Shown: positions 30,263-39,746 of the stretch, in pieces
Layout: every line of letters begins with the position of its first letter
Position numbering within the stretch: position 1 is the first letter of the stretch
Source: an uncultured virus (IMG/VR IMGVR_UViG_3300042564_001445)
Taxonomy: Duplodnaviria; Heunggongvirae; Uroviricota; Caudoviricetes
Strand: one strand, 5' to 3'
Length of the DNA: 64,000 nt
IMG/VR virus record: IMGVR_UViG_3300042564_001445
The notes under the pieces: model-generated
What the model saw: only the letters and a program-made list of their open reading frames with translations
Told to the model about the DNA's origin: nothing
Database searches by the model: none
Translations under genes and position numbers: made by a program

Positions 30263-32548
30263 TTATTTTTTCTGATCGGATTTTTTAATCTGAGCTATAT
30301 ATTCACGGCTTGCCGCTTCAATTTGACTCATATTAATTTTACCTTCTACTTTCATTTGTTCAATTTGCGCTTCAAGTTGTAATTTTGTTGTAATTAGCTG
30401 AGCATCAAGCTCTTTCTCTAACTGAATTGCTTGCATCTTAGCTTGCGACTCCATCTGAATTGTTTGCTGCTTAGCTTGCTCGGCAACCATTGCTGATTGT
30501 TGTTGTACTTGAGCATTCATCTGCTGCTGCATCATTGATCTCTTATCAGCCTCTTCAAGATTCTTCTTGATTTTGTGGCCCAAAAGAACTTCAGCATACT
30601 TAACATTGTCAACGTTCTCAATCATCATAGCGTCGGCTAAGGTGATCTGATTAGATTGAATTGCTAAGTCAATACGTCTTGCAAGTTTTTCTCTTTCAAA
30701 TTCATTAGGTTTTTGAGTAACAACCAATCCACATTCGTAAGCCGATACATTTGGATCTAACTTAAAGAAGTTTACTGAGTTGCTTCCAAGTGCGCGAGTA
30801 AACCCTTCGATCTTTCCGTTAATCGCAGCATCCTGAATACGAAGAGTCAAGTTGTAAGATAAACGCTCGATCAAGTTTCTTTGCGCACGTTTGATATAGT
30901 CTAATGAGTTGTTTGTTGACTCAGAGGCTAATTTAGCTACTCCATTCAACATACGAGGATCTGGTGTAGACCCATCAGTTACTTCGTTGAATCCTAGAAT
31001 CTCACGAAGCATCTGTATATTTTGATTAATGATATTAAAGTATTGAGTTGCCTCATTACCAATACCATTGTCTAATTCTTCAATTGGTTTGTAATTACTT
31101 GCTTGTCCTGCATCATCTAGACGGCGGTAAACCAAGTTACCAGTCTGATTGTACAAGTCGATAATATCCATTGGCTTAAGTGCCTTTCCGCCTCGCCCTA
31201 AAGGTACGTTTTCTAAAGCGCCAAGCTCAATCATAATACCTCTTGGACGTGCGCGCAACATAACGTTTTGCAACTTGTACCAAGCTAATTGAATTTGATC
31301 TGCAATAGGTTTCATCTGCTCACCAATAGAGTATGTGCTCATTTGGTAAACGTTAGGGGCAACAATATGGTAGCTTAACTTAGTATCTGTCAAAGAGGAC
31401 TTCGCGCGCTTCATATTTGTTTGCAATTTGCAATCAAAGAATATATCGCTGTCAACAACCCATTTGCCTTGATAAACTACTTTGTAATCAGTTTTAGAAT
31501 ATTCTTTGCCCGTACGGTTAGATTTCATTTTGCCGGCACGCCCTACGACTTTGTTGCCTTTCGAGTTAACTCTCTCTTCGAGAATCATGCTATTGATCGA
31601 ATAGAACTCTAAATCTAATACACGGATACGGAACCCATCAACATTTCTATTCTGATTAGAATTGTCCATCTTAACGGAAGCGGGGTTGCTTAATTTTGTC
31701 GTGTACTTTTCGGCAATCATTTCGTACTGCGCTTGAGAGATTTCTCCGCCGGCGATTTCTTTTAAATCAGCAATCGTCATCTCTAATACCTCCCCAACAT
31801 ATTGAACATCATCAAATGTAGGTGAGTTAGAATAAGACGAGACTAAGTTATTAACATTTACTCTACGAATCTTAATGTTGCCATTTGCGTCAAAGTATTC
31901 CTTAAATCCGGCAATACCATGATCATGCAAATCTTCAATAGTAAGAGCAGCTTCTTGTTCAAATTGATTAACATTCATAATCAACTTTAAAGCCTGCTCC
32001 ATCTCGACAGCCATTCTATGCTTATAGGAATATTCCATGTACATATCAAGCTCTTTAAGTGTTTCCACTTCAACTTCCGGTTGTGGAACCATTTCTGGAT
32101 CCAATCCTTGCTTTGCAAGTTCTTCGCGAACAATTAATCTTGCCGCGTTTTCTTTGTAAAAAGATGCTTTGTCATCTTGCGCTAAAGGATCAATAGCGTC
32201 AATAGATATATTATAATCAGCCTTTGCTAACGTAGCAATAGCTATACGTCTAAACTTAGGGATAATCGGTAAGATGTCCCAAGATATGTTAGCCCAAGAA
32301 GAGTCTGCGTTAGCTGTATCTCTTGGATGTAATAACTTACGATATGGCGTTACAGATTGCTTGCCAAGCATATAAAGCTTAACCTCATGGTAATTATCAC
32401 GCCCGTTGTATAATTGATTAGGATAGTACTTATTGTAATCTTGCCAAGCAGACTTTATATACTGGGAAATCCAAGCTTTGTTTTTTAGCGAGTTGTCAAT
32501 AGTGTGGCTAGGAAAGCCGTGAAGCAAATCTACATTGTTAGTATCCAT
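30263..32548 (-). CDS. Portal protein
   Basis: 761 aa after terL; NISWDILPIIPKF, GFNEVTDGSTPD motifs; Gln-rich C-terminal coiled coil (barrel). Confidence 0.88.
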   Translation of the reverse strand: MDTNNVDLLHGFPSHTIDNSLKNKAWISQYIKSAWQDYNKYYPNQLYNGRDNYHEVKLYMLGKQSVTPYRKLLHPRDTANADSSWANISWDILPIIPKFRRIAIATLAKADYNISIDAIDPLAQDDKASFYKENAARLIVREELAKQGLDPEMVPQPEVEVETLKELDMYMEYSYKHRMAVEMEQALKLIMNVNQFEQEAALTIEDLHDHGIAGFKEYFDANGNIKIRRVNVNNLVSSYSNSPTFDDVQYVGEVLEMTIADLKEIAGGEISQAQYEMIAEKYTTKLSNPASVKMDNSNQNRNVDGFRIRVLDLEFYSINSMILEERVNSKGNKVVGRAGKMKSNRTGKEYSKTDYKVVYQGKWVVDSDIFFDCKLQTNMKRAKSSLTDTKLSYHIVAPNVYQMSTYSIGEQMKPIADQIQLAWYKLQNVMLRARPRGIMIELGALENVPLGRGGKALKPMDIIDLYNQTGNLVYRRLDDAGQASNYKPIEELDNGIGNEATQYFNIINQNIQMLREILGFNEVTDGSTPDPRMLNGVAKLASESTNNSLDYIKRAQRNLIERLSYNLTLRIQDAAINGKIEGFTRALGSNSVNFFKLDPNVSAYECGLVVTQKPNEFEREKLARRIDLAIQSNQITLADAMMIENVDNVKYAEVLLGHKIKKNLEEADKRSMMQQQMNAQVQQQSAMVAEQAKQQTIQMESQAKMQAIQLEKELDAQLITTKLQLEAQIEQMKVEGKINMSQIEAASREYIAQIKKSDQKK

Positions 32549-32551
32549 ATC

Positions 32552-34561
32552 TTAAAAAGGAAATACGTCTCGTATTTCATATAAGTTTGTTTTTTGTTCG
32601 ACTTTCTGTGCAAACTTTGAATTACTTGCTGCTATCAAAGTGTAACCACTTGCCATCGCCGCATCAAATTTAGTGGTTTTATTTATATCAAACAGCAACC
32701 AGTCCTGTAAAAGATTTTTAAAAATTACTTTATGTATGTTTTCCTCTATATAAGTCTCTGTTTGCTCAGCTATTTGTTGGTGTGTTTTTGTCGTCGCAGA
32801 GATCCCATACTTGGTTGCTCCCGGCATTCTACTTAAAAATCTATCGTATCCGCGATACTCAAAATATTTAATTAATCCAACCTTGTTATCCTCAGATAAT
32901 ATTTCGCATCCAAAGAAATGCACAAGCTTAATCATATCCTCATAGAATATCTCCGCTTTGTCCGGGCGATTAATATATTCTACTAAGAATGTTTCACTCA
33001 TCGGATCCATCGCATCATACCTTCTATACACATATGCCGCCCCGTCAGAACGTTCTTTAGAAGAAGTAATGCTATGATCAAATGGATCGACAGCTATTGC
33101 GTATTTTTTATTAGCATCTGGTATTTTTTTAGTTCCATAATCTTTGACTTGATTATAAAAACCAGTATCATGCACGTTACATTTTGCATGAACTAAAAAC
33201 TTACCGTTAGACGTCTCTTTGAAAACTACTTTGCTGTCGCGTTCTCCATTCTCCCAAACGAATTCACCGCGCAAATATAACTCTTTTTGATCAATCCAAG
33301 TAATGGTTTCCATTTGCTTGTTAATTTTCATCGCATCATACAAACAAGTCTCACCCTCAGAGAAGAATGCTTCTTCAATAGTGAAAGGGTTCTTGCGTAT
33401 ATAAGAAGCTAATGCGCGCGGATCATCTTCCAACGCAGAACGCTCTGCTAAATAAAACTCCTTCGCTTTATCCTCATCGGGATAACCATACTTATCATAG
33501 AAAAGCGTTTTATACGCCGGAGTAAAGTACTGATACAAACCAGTTTTTGTACGTCCGTTAGCATTTTTTTTCTTCTGATCTGACGCAAGCCATAACTCTT
33601 TAAAGTGCTCCCCACCATTTTCCATTTCTTCAACGGTTGTTGTGTAGAGCGCTTTACCAATAATGTTTTCTTCCTGTTGTAAACAGAACTGTACGACTTG
33701 ATGTCTTTCATATACGTTAACGTTAATCGTTTTACCAACCTCATCACCTACATATCGGTGCAACTTTAATCCGTCATAAGAGAATTTATCAGAGCCCCTG
33801 AAACCAATAGAACTCTCTAGCTCTATCTTGTTTTCAAATATGTCATCTATAGCACCCCTCTTATTAGTTTTAAAAAAACGCAATTCTGACTTGGGGGTGA
33901 GTCCCTTTTCCGTATCGTAAATCGGAACAAAAAAATCGGGTAGGTACTTAAATGGCATAATGACTCCCTTGGCAAATACGTTATCCTTCGCATCAGACTC
34001 TGTCTTCGATTGGATACCCGCATTCTTATTCTTGCTTCTAGAAGGTAAGTCGTACAAGAAACATCCCGCCCGCATTGTCTTTCCTTGGCGACGCTTAGTC
34101 ACTTCAACCATTCCTAGGCAGCTAGGATCCTGAACAACATATTCTAGGAAATAAAAGAAATCCCTGTCAGTTGCTCTAAACTCAGGATATCCAACATCTA
34201 GCTTCCAATGAGTTAAATAAAAATAATGAAGTCCGGTGATGTACACCCCACTATTGTTATTCATAAACCAGAATCCATTAAGACGCCTGTCCCATTCTTG
34301 ATTCCTGTAAGCTTGCAACTCAGGATTATAATATTCGGGATTTGTTTTTTGCGCCGCAATTTCTTTCTTGCGCTTTGTTTCATAATCCGGCGGCGGAGTA
34401 GGACGCTCCCAATAGCAATACGCTGGCTTAGCACTACGCTTAGCAATCTCTCTATTCTCCCATTGATTAGTCATTACATTCCACACCACACCATTTGGCG
34501 GCAGGTTAACTGTAATATTATTAATCTCTATCTCCCTATTTCTTTTATGCTTTCTGTACAT
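32552..34561 (-). CDS. terL: Terminase large subunit
   Basis: YITGLHYFYL, KRRQGKT (Walker A), YVGDEVGK (Walker B), AVDPFD nuclease Asp, KFDAAMASG. Confidence 0.93.
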   Translation of the reverse strand: MYRKHKRNREIEINNITVNLPPNGVVWNVMTNQWENREIAKRSAKPAYCYWERPTPPPDYETKRKKEIAAQKTNPEYYNPELQAYRNQEWDRRLNGFWFMNNNSGVYITGLHYFYLTHWKLDVGYPEFRATDRDFFYFLEYVVQDPSCLGMVEVTKRRQGKTMRAGCFLYDLPSRSKNKNAGIQSKTESDAKDNVFAKGVIMPFKYLPDFFVPIYDTEKGLTPKSELRFFKTNKRGAIDDIFENKIELESSIGFRGSDKFSYDGLKLHRYVGDEVGKTINVNVYERHQVVQFCLQQEENIIGKALYTTTVEEMENGGEHFKELWLASDQKKKNANGRTKTGLYQYFTPAYKTLFYDKYGYPDEDKAKEFYLAERSALEDDPRALASYIRKNPFTIEEAFFSEGETCLYDAMKINKQMETITWIDQKELYLRGEFVWENGERDSKVVFKETSNGKFLVHAKCNVHDTGFYNQVKDYGTKKIPDANKKYAIAVDPFDHSITSSKERSDGAAYVYRRYDAMDPMSETFLVEYINRPDKAEIFYEDMIKLVHFFGCEILSEDNKVGLIKYFEYRGYDRFLSRMPGATKYGISATTKTHQQIAEQTETYIEENIHKVIFKNLLQDWLLFDINKTTKFDAAMASGYTLIAASNSKFAQKVEQKTNLYEIRDVFPF

Positions 34562-34564
34562 AAC

Positions 34565-35125
34565 CTATATATTAGCAATTGTTTCAGGGGTGAAGTTTAT
34601 AATCTTCTCCTTCTCCTGTTTGTTGTCCCCAAATAACTTCTCCTCGTACGCGTCAATTCTTTTAATGATTGCGTCACATTCATTCATCAACTTACTTTTC
34701 ATATCTAAAGCCTGCAACTTATCCTTATCATTCTTGTAATTAACAATAGGAGTTAACAACTCTTGCTGATATTGCCATAACACTTCCTCGTTAGCGGCTA
34801 ATACTGCCCACACCTTGGACGATTGATACTTGAGATAAGCATTGATATACCCCAAGACTTTTTCGTGGCTTAGATCAAAGATTAATTCAATGTTGTCTTT
34901 TAACTCAGCCATCTCAGCACACTCCTCCTTACGCATCGCTACATCAGGAATCTTTAGTCGCATCGGACTCTTTACATCATATAACAAAGCAACATACTTT
35001 ATAATCGGTATGTCACTAATAGTAATTGCCCCAAAGATATGTTTCACAGTAGGATGCTTATGAAGATCCTTCTCTCTAATGGGTAATGCTAAGTTATCAA
35101 ACTCGCTATCTGAAAATATTGCCAT
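34565..35125 (-). CDS. Putative terminase small subunit
   Basis: Helical protein immediately upstream of terL; likely start MAIFSD at 35125. Confidence 0.55.
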   Translation of the reverse strand: MAIFSDSEFDNLALPIREKDLHKHPTVKHIFGAITISDIPIIKYVALLYDVKSPMRLKIPDVAMRKEECAEMAELKDNIELIFDLSHEKVLGYINAYLKYQSSKVWAVLAANEEVLWQYQQELLTPIVNYKNDKDKLQALDMKSKLMNECDAIIKRIDAYEEKLFGDNKQEKEKIINFTPETIANI

Positions 35126-35300
35126 AGTATTAATTGTTTGGCGGGAAGTGGCGCGCGGCGTCCTACCCATTTTTTTCTTTTTTGGCTACTAGCAGAAACT
35201 TCGTTTCTACTTTTTTACACGTTGAAATTTTTTTTGAAAAAAAGTTGCAATATATTTTTTTATATTAACTCTTATTATATATTTAATTATATGTGACAGG

Positions 35301-35455
35301 AATCTGACGGAGGGGGGTCACAAATCTGACAGAGGGGGGTCATAAATCTGACGGAGGGGGGTGGGTCACAAACGTAGCATACCCCTCCCCCACAAATCTG
35401 ACGGAGGGGGGTCACAAATATAGCATACCCCCGCTATGAATCTGACGGAGGGGGT
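35301..35455 (+). repeat. Iteron-like array, 5 x AATCTGAC(G/A)GAGGGGG, next to an AT-rich tract (35221-35292)
   Basis: Copies start at 35301, 35323, 35345, 35395 and 35439 (spacings 22, 22, 50, 44); interleaved CACAAA.(A/G)TAGCATACCCC x2. Confidence 0.9.
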
Positions 35456-36099
35456 ACCTCTGACTTGCCCAATATATCCTCTTGTCTTACCGTATAATAA
35501 TCGATTCCTTCAATATTATTCACAAAATTAGAATTCTTAGCAAGGATAACTTTGTCGCCAGATTTTACCCCAAGTTCATCCATCCCAACAAATGGTTTTC
35601 CAATATGGGCTAACACAGCTTCTTTTGTCGAAGGAATTTTGTTCAATTTAGTTACAATTCCCGACGCACTAATAACCGCATCAATTGAATGACCCCCAAC
35701 ATCAACTTTGTTAAATTTGTCTTCAATAATCTTTTCACATAAAGTCCAGCCACCAACAGGTAAAATAAAGCCGTCCCTAATAGTACAAAAAATCCAACAA
35801 TAAGGAACTCGATAATAATTCCCATAAATGCAATTGCTCTCATCTGAAGTCGTTAAATAATGAAAGTAAACTAAGTCTCCAATACGAACTTCTTCGTGGA
35901 TCTGGTTGCCATTAAAGTCGTATATATTTCCCGCAGGTATTGCCACCACTCTGCCGTATATCCTAGCGTGATGGGTGGGGTTGAATTCGGGATCAATGTG
36001 AAGAGTCATTCCGTTAAAAGTAACTGTATCCTCGAGGGACTTACCTACCTCTACAATGACTGTATTAGGCGCTGCCTGACTGATGTCGTAACTAAGCAT
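35434..36099 (-). CDS. Tandem GroES (Cpn10)-like co-chaperonin
   Basis: Two GroES-like units: P.TVIVE...GRVVAIP...VRIGDLVYF and P.GG..L....SGIV...GVKSGDKVI...IEGIDYY.VRQEDILG. Confidence 0.75.
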   Translation of the reverse strand: MLSYDISQAAPNTVIVEVGKSLEDTVTFNGMTLHIDPEFNPTHHARIYGRVVAIPAGNIYDFNGNQIHEEVRIGDLVYFHYLTTSDESNCIYGNYYRVPYCWIFCTIRDGFILPVGGWTLCEKIIEDKFNKVDVGGHSIDAVISASGIVTKLNKIPSTKEAVLAHIGKPFVGMDELGVKSGDKVILAKNSNFVNNIEGIDYYTVRQEDILGKSEVPPPSDS

Positions 36100-36605
36100 A
36101 TTTAATTGTTGTCTGGTTTGTTAACATAAAGTTATACTAAAAATACCCAATTAACAAAAAAATGTTGCGTGCGGTTGTGTAAAGAAGGTTATAGATTTTC
36201 TGCCGGCCCCGGAAAACCAAACAGCGAAACGCAAATTTCAAACCGGGTAGTCTTCCCTTTTCAAAACCAAATTCCAAAAATCAAGCCGGCTAAATAGATA
36301 CGTTTAAACATAATTTTCTAAAAAAGTTAAGGGATCTATAAACATATATTTTTTCCGGCACCATATCCCAAAAAAGAAAATCCGTTTTCACTTTTCATGC
36401 AGGAAAATAATACCGGAAGCGGACGACGTCGCGTTAACGATTCTCCGGCACAATTATAAACCATTCCTAAAAATATTCAAAAAAGTAAAACCCTATTTAA
36501 ATAACATAGGCAAAGATTCAATAAAAAAAACTTACCGTTTAATAATTTTCTTTATCAAATCTCTTGCATAATATAAACTAATTGTTTTACTTCGCTTCTG
36601 TATTT

Positions 36606-36924
36606 AATCAATCAAATAAACTCAATCAAATCAATTATGGAAAATTTATTTAGTACAGCCGAAAAATTAATGCATAAGTTAAACACGAATAAAATAAACA
36701 TTTATACAACTAGCATTGATATAGAAAAAAATGAAATAACTCTTTACGGGTATTTTAGTTTCGATTTATCATGCCAATTATTCCAAGAAAAATTTGAATT
36801 GCTAGAAATTGGATATTATGGCTGTAATGTAAACCTGGCAAAGTACAGAAAAGGTAATATAAAAATTCAAGCGAAACATTAATAAAATCAATCAATCAAA
36901 TAAAACTCAATCAAATCAATCATG
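36606..36924 (+). repeat. Direct-repeat leaders AATCAATCAAATAAA(A)CTCAATCAAATCAAT flanking the first early gene
   Basis: Near-identical ~30-bp copies at ~36607-36635 and ~36891-36920, each just before an ATG. Confidence 0.85.
36637..36882 (+). CDS. Hypothetical early protein
   Basis: 81-aa AT-rich ORF, first of the plus-strand arm. Confidence 0.65.
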   Translation: MENLFSTAEKLMHKLNTNKINIYTTSIDIEKNEITLYGYFSFDLSCQLFQEKFELLEIGYYGCNVNLAKYRKGNIKIQAKH

Positions 36925-37662
36925 AAAACAATTCAAGCACCAAACGGACAAATTTTAGAAATAGCAAAAACGCTATTAAGCAAAGGAGACTCAAACGCCA
37001 AACTAGCTAAAAACTTTCTAGAGTCTTACATTTTGTATTTAAATCCATTTAATCAAAACAGCCTAGGCAAAAATTTGTGTCCTAAGGCATCCATTGAATG
37101 TACTAAATTATGCTTGTATACTTCCGGACGCGGAGTAATGGCACCCGTCCAAGCCGGACGCACGCGCCGGACTGAATTTTACCTACAGGATAGAAACGGA
37201 TTTTTGAATATGTTAATGAATGAACTTGCACGCCTAGACAAAAAAGCGAAGCGCCAAAATTCCAAGATAGCTGTACGTTTAAATGGTACGTCGGATTTGG
37301 ATTTTATTGCCATACTAAAAAACCGGTTTAACGTCGACGTTTTGGAAGCGTTTACAAGTCTTGAATTTTACGACTACACGAAGATTTTAGGCAAAGTAAA
37401 AAAGTACGCCGGCACCCGTTACAAATTGACGTTTTCACGTTCAGAGGATAACGAAGCGGATTGCATAGAAGCGCTTAAATATGGCCCGATATCTGTAGTT
37501 TTTGACGAATCAAAACCATTCCCGGAAACATACCTAGGCGCGCCGGTAATTAATGGAGACGAAGCCGACGACATTATGCTAACATTGGAAGCCGGCAAAA
37601 TCCTAGGCTTAAAAGCAAAAGGTAAAGCGAAGAAAAGCGCCAGCAAATTTGTAGTAAAATAA
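36922..37662 (+). CDS. GP88-like protein (radical-SAM-related fold)
   Basis: NLCPKAS..C...CL..SGRG, AVRLNGTSD, FYDYTK, Y.LTFS.SE, VINGD..D, GLKAKGKA. Confidence 0.8.
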   Translation: MKTIQAPNGQILEIAKTLLSKGDSNAKLAKNFLESYILYLNPFNQNSLGKNLCPKASIECTKLCLYTSGRGVMAPVQAGRTRRTEFYLQDRNGFLNMLMNELARLDKKAKRQNSKIAVRLNGTSDLDFIAILKNRFNVDVLEAFTSLEFYDYTKILGKVKKYAGTRYKLTFSRSEDNEADCIEALKYGPISVVFDESKPFPETYLGAPVINGDEADDIMLTLEAGKILGLKAKGKAKKSASKFVVK

Positions 37663-37707
37663 TTTAATCAAGCCGGGTGAAATTCCCGGCGCTAAACTTT
37701 ACATAAA

Positions 37708-38010
37708 ATGGAAAATTTACAGCAATTAAAAGACGAATTAAACGCGTACAAATTACGCGAAGAAAAACTAAAAGTATTAATAGGTGAGCTAGTAGAAAAT
37801 ACAGATTTCGGGAACTATTGGTATGAAGACGAAGACGAAGCGTGGAAGATAGGCGACGTGTACTACAATCGTTCTGTATTGGCGCAACTTGATATAGACG
37901 AAGCCGGCGAAGATGTATCCGACGAATTAAGCGCGCCAACAGACGTACTTTTTACCCTACAGGAATACATCGCACCAATTTTAAACGAACTAAACTACCT
38001 AGTAAAATGA
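37708..38010 (+). CDS. Hypothetical early protein (acidic)
   Basis: 100-aa ORF. Confidence 0.7.
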   Translation: MENLQQLKDELNAYKLREEKLKVLIGELVENTDFGNYWYEDEDEAWKIGDVYYNRSVLAQLDIDEAGEDVSDELSAPTDVLFTLQEYIAPILNELNYLVK

Positions 38011-38264
38011 TACATAAAAGCATTACGACGCGCGGATATCTTAACAAATATAAGACGTTCACAAAATCATTCGAAGACGAAAGGCATTTTTCGAATTGGT
38101 ATAAGAAGGTAACAGCCGGCGACGCATACGGCACGAAGATAATAGGCGTCGAAGACTTGGAGATTATGACGGACGAAGACTATCGTACGGAATTAGTCGC
38201 CAAAGGATGGAGCGAAGCGGATATATTACAAGCAATAGAACGCAAACGCGAAGACGGATTTTAA
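38007..38264 (+). CDS. Hypothetical early protein
   Basis: 85-aa ORF. Confidence 0.65.
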   Translation: MIHKSITTRGYLNKYKTFTKSFEDERHFSNWYKKVTAGDAYGTKIIGVEDLEIMTDEDYRTELVAKGWSEADILQAIERKREDGF

Positions 38265-38309
38265 AACAAACTGCCATAACGGCGCTAACTTTTTTAAATA
38301 ATCAATCAA

Positions 38310-38702
38310 ATGGAAATCTCAATTAAAAAAACAATCAAGAAACAAATTTTAGAAAACGTAATAATCGGCGCCCTTGAAGGCGGGTCAAATTACTGGTATT
38401 GCATTGGAGACATAGACAAAACAAACTTCCGTAAAGGAATTTCAATGGCGGAAAACATAGCCGAACAGCTGTACACGAATACAGAATTTAAGCTACCTAT
38501 TTACGACATAGAAAGCGCTGAAGATCCGGATGAAATGGACTTCCTAGGAGACGTCACAAACGCATCAGTCGTAAAGGCGTTCGAGTTAATGGCGGACAAA
38601 TACCCTGAATTTTTGGAGCGTATACTAGACGAATCCGGAGACGCGGACGACGACGACGTATTTTTCCAACTGGCTACCATGGGCGAAGTTATCTACGGGT
38701 AA
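38310..38702 (+). CDS. Conserved phage early protein
   Basis: ALEGGSNYW...DADDDDVFFQ....GEVIYG, a recurring phage family of unknown function. Confidence 0.75.
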   Translation: MEISIKKTIKKQILENVIIGALEGGSNYWYCIGDIDKTNFRKGISMAENIAEQLYTNTEFKLPIYDIESAEDPDEMDFLGDVTNASVVKAFELMADKYPEFLERILDESGDADDDDVFFQLATMGEVIYG

Positions 38703-38720
38703 TTTCGTCTACAAATTCGG

Positions 38721-38739
38721 GCGATTCGTCGCACTTTTT
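38721..38739 (+). terminator. Short UUCG-loop hairpin plus U-tract
   Basis: GCGA-TTCG-TCGC followed by ACTTTTT. Confidence 0.45.
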
Positions 38740-38761
38740 CAATCGCATAAACTTAAAGTAT

Positions 38762-38769
38762 TACATTTG
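38762..38769 (+). promoter_or_regulatory. Bacteroidota-type -7 box (TACATTTG)
   Basis: TAnnTTTG 24 bp upstream of ATG 38794. Confidence 0.65.
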
Positions 38770-38793
38770 TTTAAATCAATCAATCAAAAAAAA

Positions 38794-39150
38794 ATGGAAA
38801 ATTCACAGCAAGTTTCAGAAATTTTAAGAGCCATTCAAGGCAAATTTGACGCCATAGATTCATACTTATGCGCGTGGTTTTACAAGCTACCATTAGAAGC
38901 AATGGAAGACGTCATGGGAAATTATAATTCGCCGGAGCGCGAAGATTACACCGCCAATGAAGAAGGCGAAGATGAATACCAGTACGATTTAGCTCAATAC
39001 ATTGACTCTCTTTACAGCGATTTCGCAGAAGTCAGTTTGGATATTAAACTAAATGACTTTAGAACGTACGCCGGCAGGTATGCGGACGAAATGCAAGAGG
39101 GCTGGAGTTTTGTAGGGCAGGCAGATTTTTTAGGTGAATCAATCATATAA
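38794..39150 (+). CDS. Hypothetical early protein (acidic)
   Basis: Start MENSQQ at 38794 after an A-rich leader. Confidence 0.7.
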   Translation: MENSQQVSEILRAIQGKFDAIDSYLCAWFYKLPLEAMEDVMGNYNSPEREDYTANEEGEDEYQYDLAQYIDSLYSDFAEVSLDIKLNDFRTYAGRYADEMQEGWSFVGQADFLGESII

Positions 39151-39161
39151 ATTATATTATC

Positions 39162-39311
39162 ATGGCAAAGCAAGAAAAAATTATCGAAATGATCGAATTG
39201 CAAATCGAAAGATTGCGAGCAAAGTTAGAAGAAAGAAAGATGACTCCAGAAGATTTTACAGAAGAGTCAATGTTAATTAACGGGATTGAAAGCCTATTAA
39301 GATTATTGTAA
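39162..39311 (+). CDS. Hypothetical protein (49 aa, not in ORF track)
   Basis: MAKQEKIIEMIELQIERL...; fills a gap, TAATG coupling to the next gene. Confidence 0.6.
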   Translation: MAKQEKIIEMIELQIERLRAKLEERKMTPEDFTEESMLINGIESLLRLL

Positions 39312-39541
39312 TGACTGGACTAGACTACCTAAACAATTATCTAAGCGACGTGGAGCAGGATCGATTCATTAACAACGTTATCGAATTTAATCCGGACGGA
39401 TTTTTATCTGATACGTTAGATTCTACTCATGGTTCCCTGTTGGAATTTCTAGGCTACGCATTCTGTTGGCGAGACACACCGGAGGGACATGATTTTTGGG
39501 AAGAAATTGCAACATCAAATTTAAAAACCAAGCAATTATAA
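39311..39541 (+). CDS. Hypothetical early protein
   Basis: AF.W..TPEGHDFW motif. Confidence 0.7.
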   Translation: MTGLDYLNNYLSDVEQDRFINNVIEFNPDGFLSDTLDSTHGSLLEFLGYAFCWRDTPEGHDFWEEIATSNLKTKQL

Positions 39542-39542
39542 A

Positions 39543-39746
39543 ATGAATACAAGACAGAAAATACTAAACGCAATTAAGGAATGTTCGTTATCGCCCATTG
39601 ATTACGAACAGATGGAAGCCTACGCTACCATGGAAGAATGGGAATTACGCGACGAATTGATAGGTGAAATCTATGCTTTGCGCGACGCACTTGACGAATT
39701 AAATGGTATCGAACAATTAAAAATTAAATCAAATGATCAAATTTAA
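39543..39746 (+). CDS. Hypothetical protein
   Basis: 67-aa ORF in operon. Confidence 0.6.
   Translation: MNTRQKILNAIKECSLSPIDYEQMEAYATMEEWELRDELIGEIYALRDALDELNGIEQLKIKSNDQI

Noticed and set aside
35301..35455. CRISPR or mini-CRISPR array
   Set aside because: Repeats are ~16 bp with a 22-bp period, the intervening sequences are short and themselves repeated, and there are no cas genes; iterons fit better
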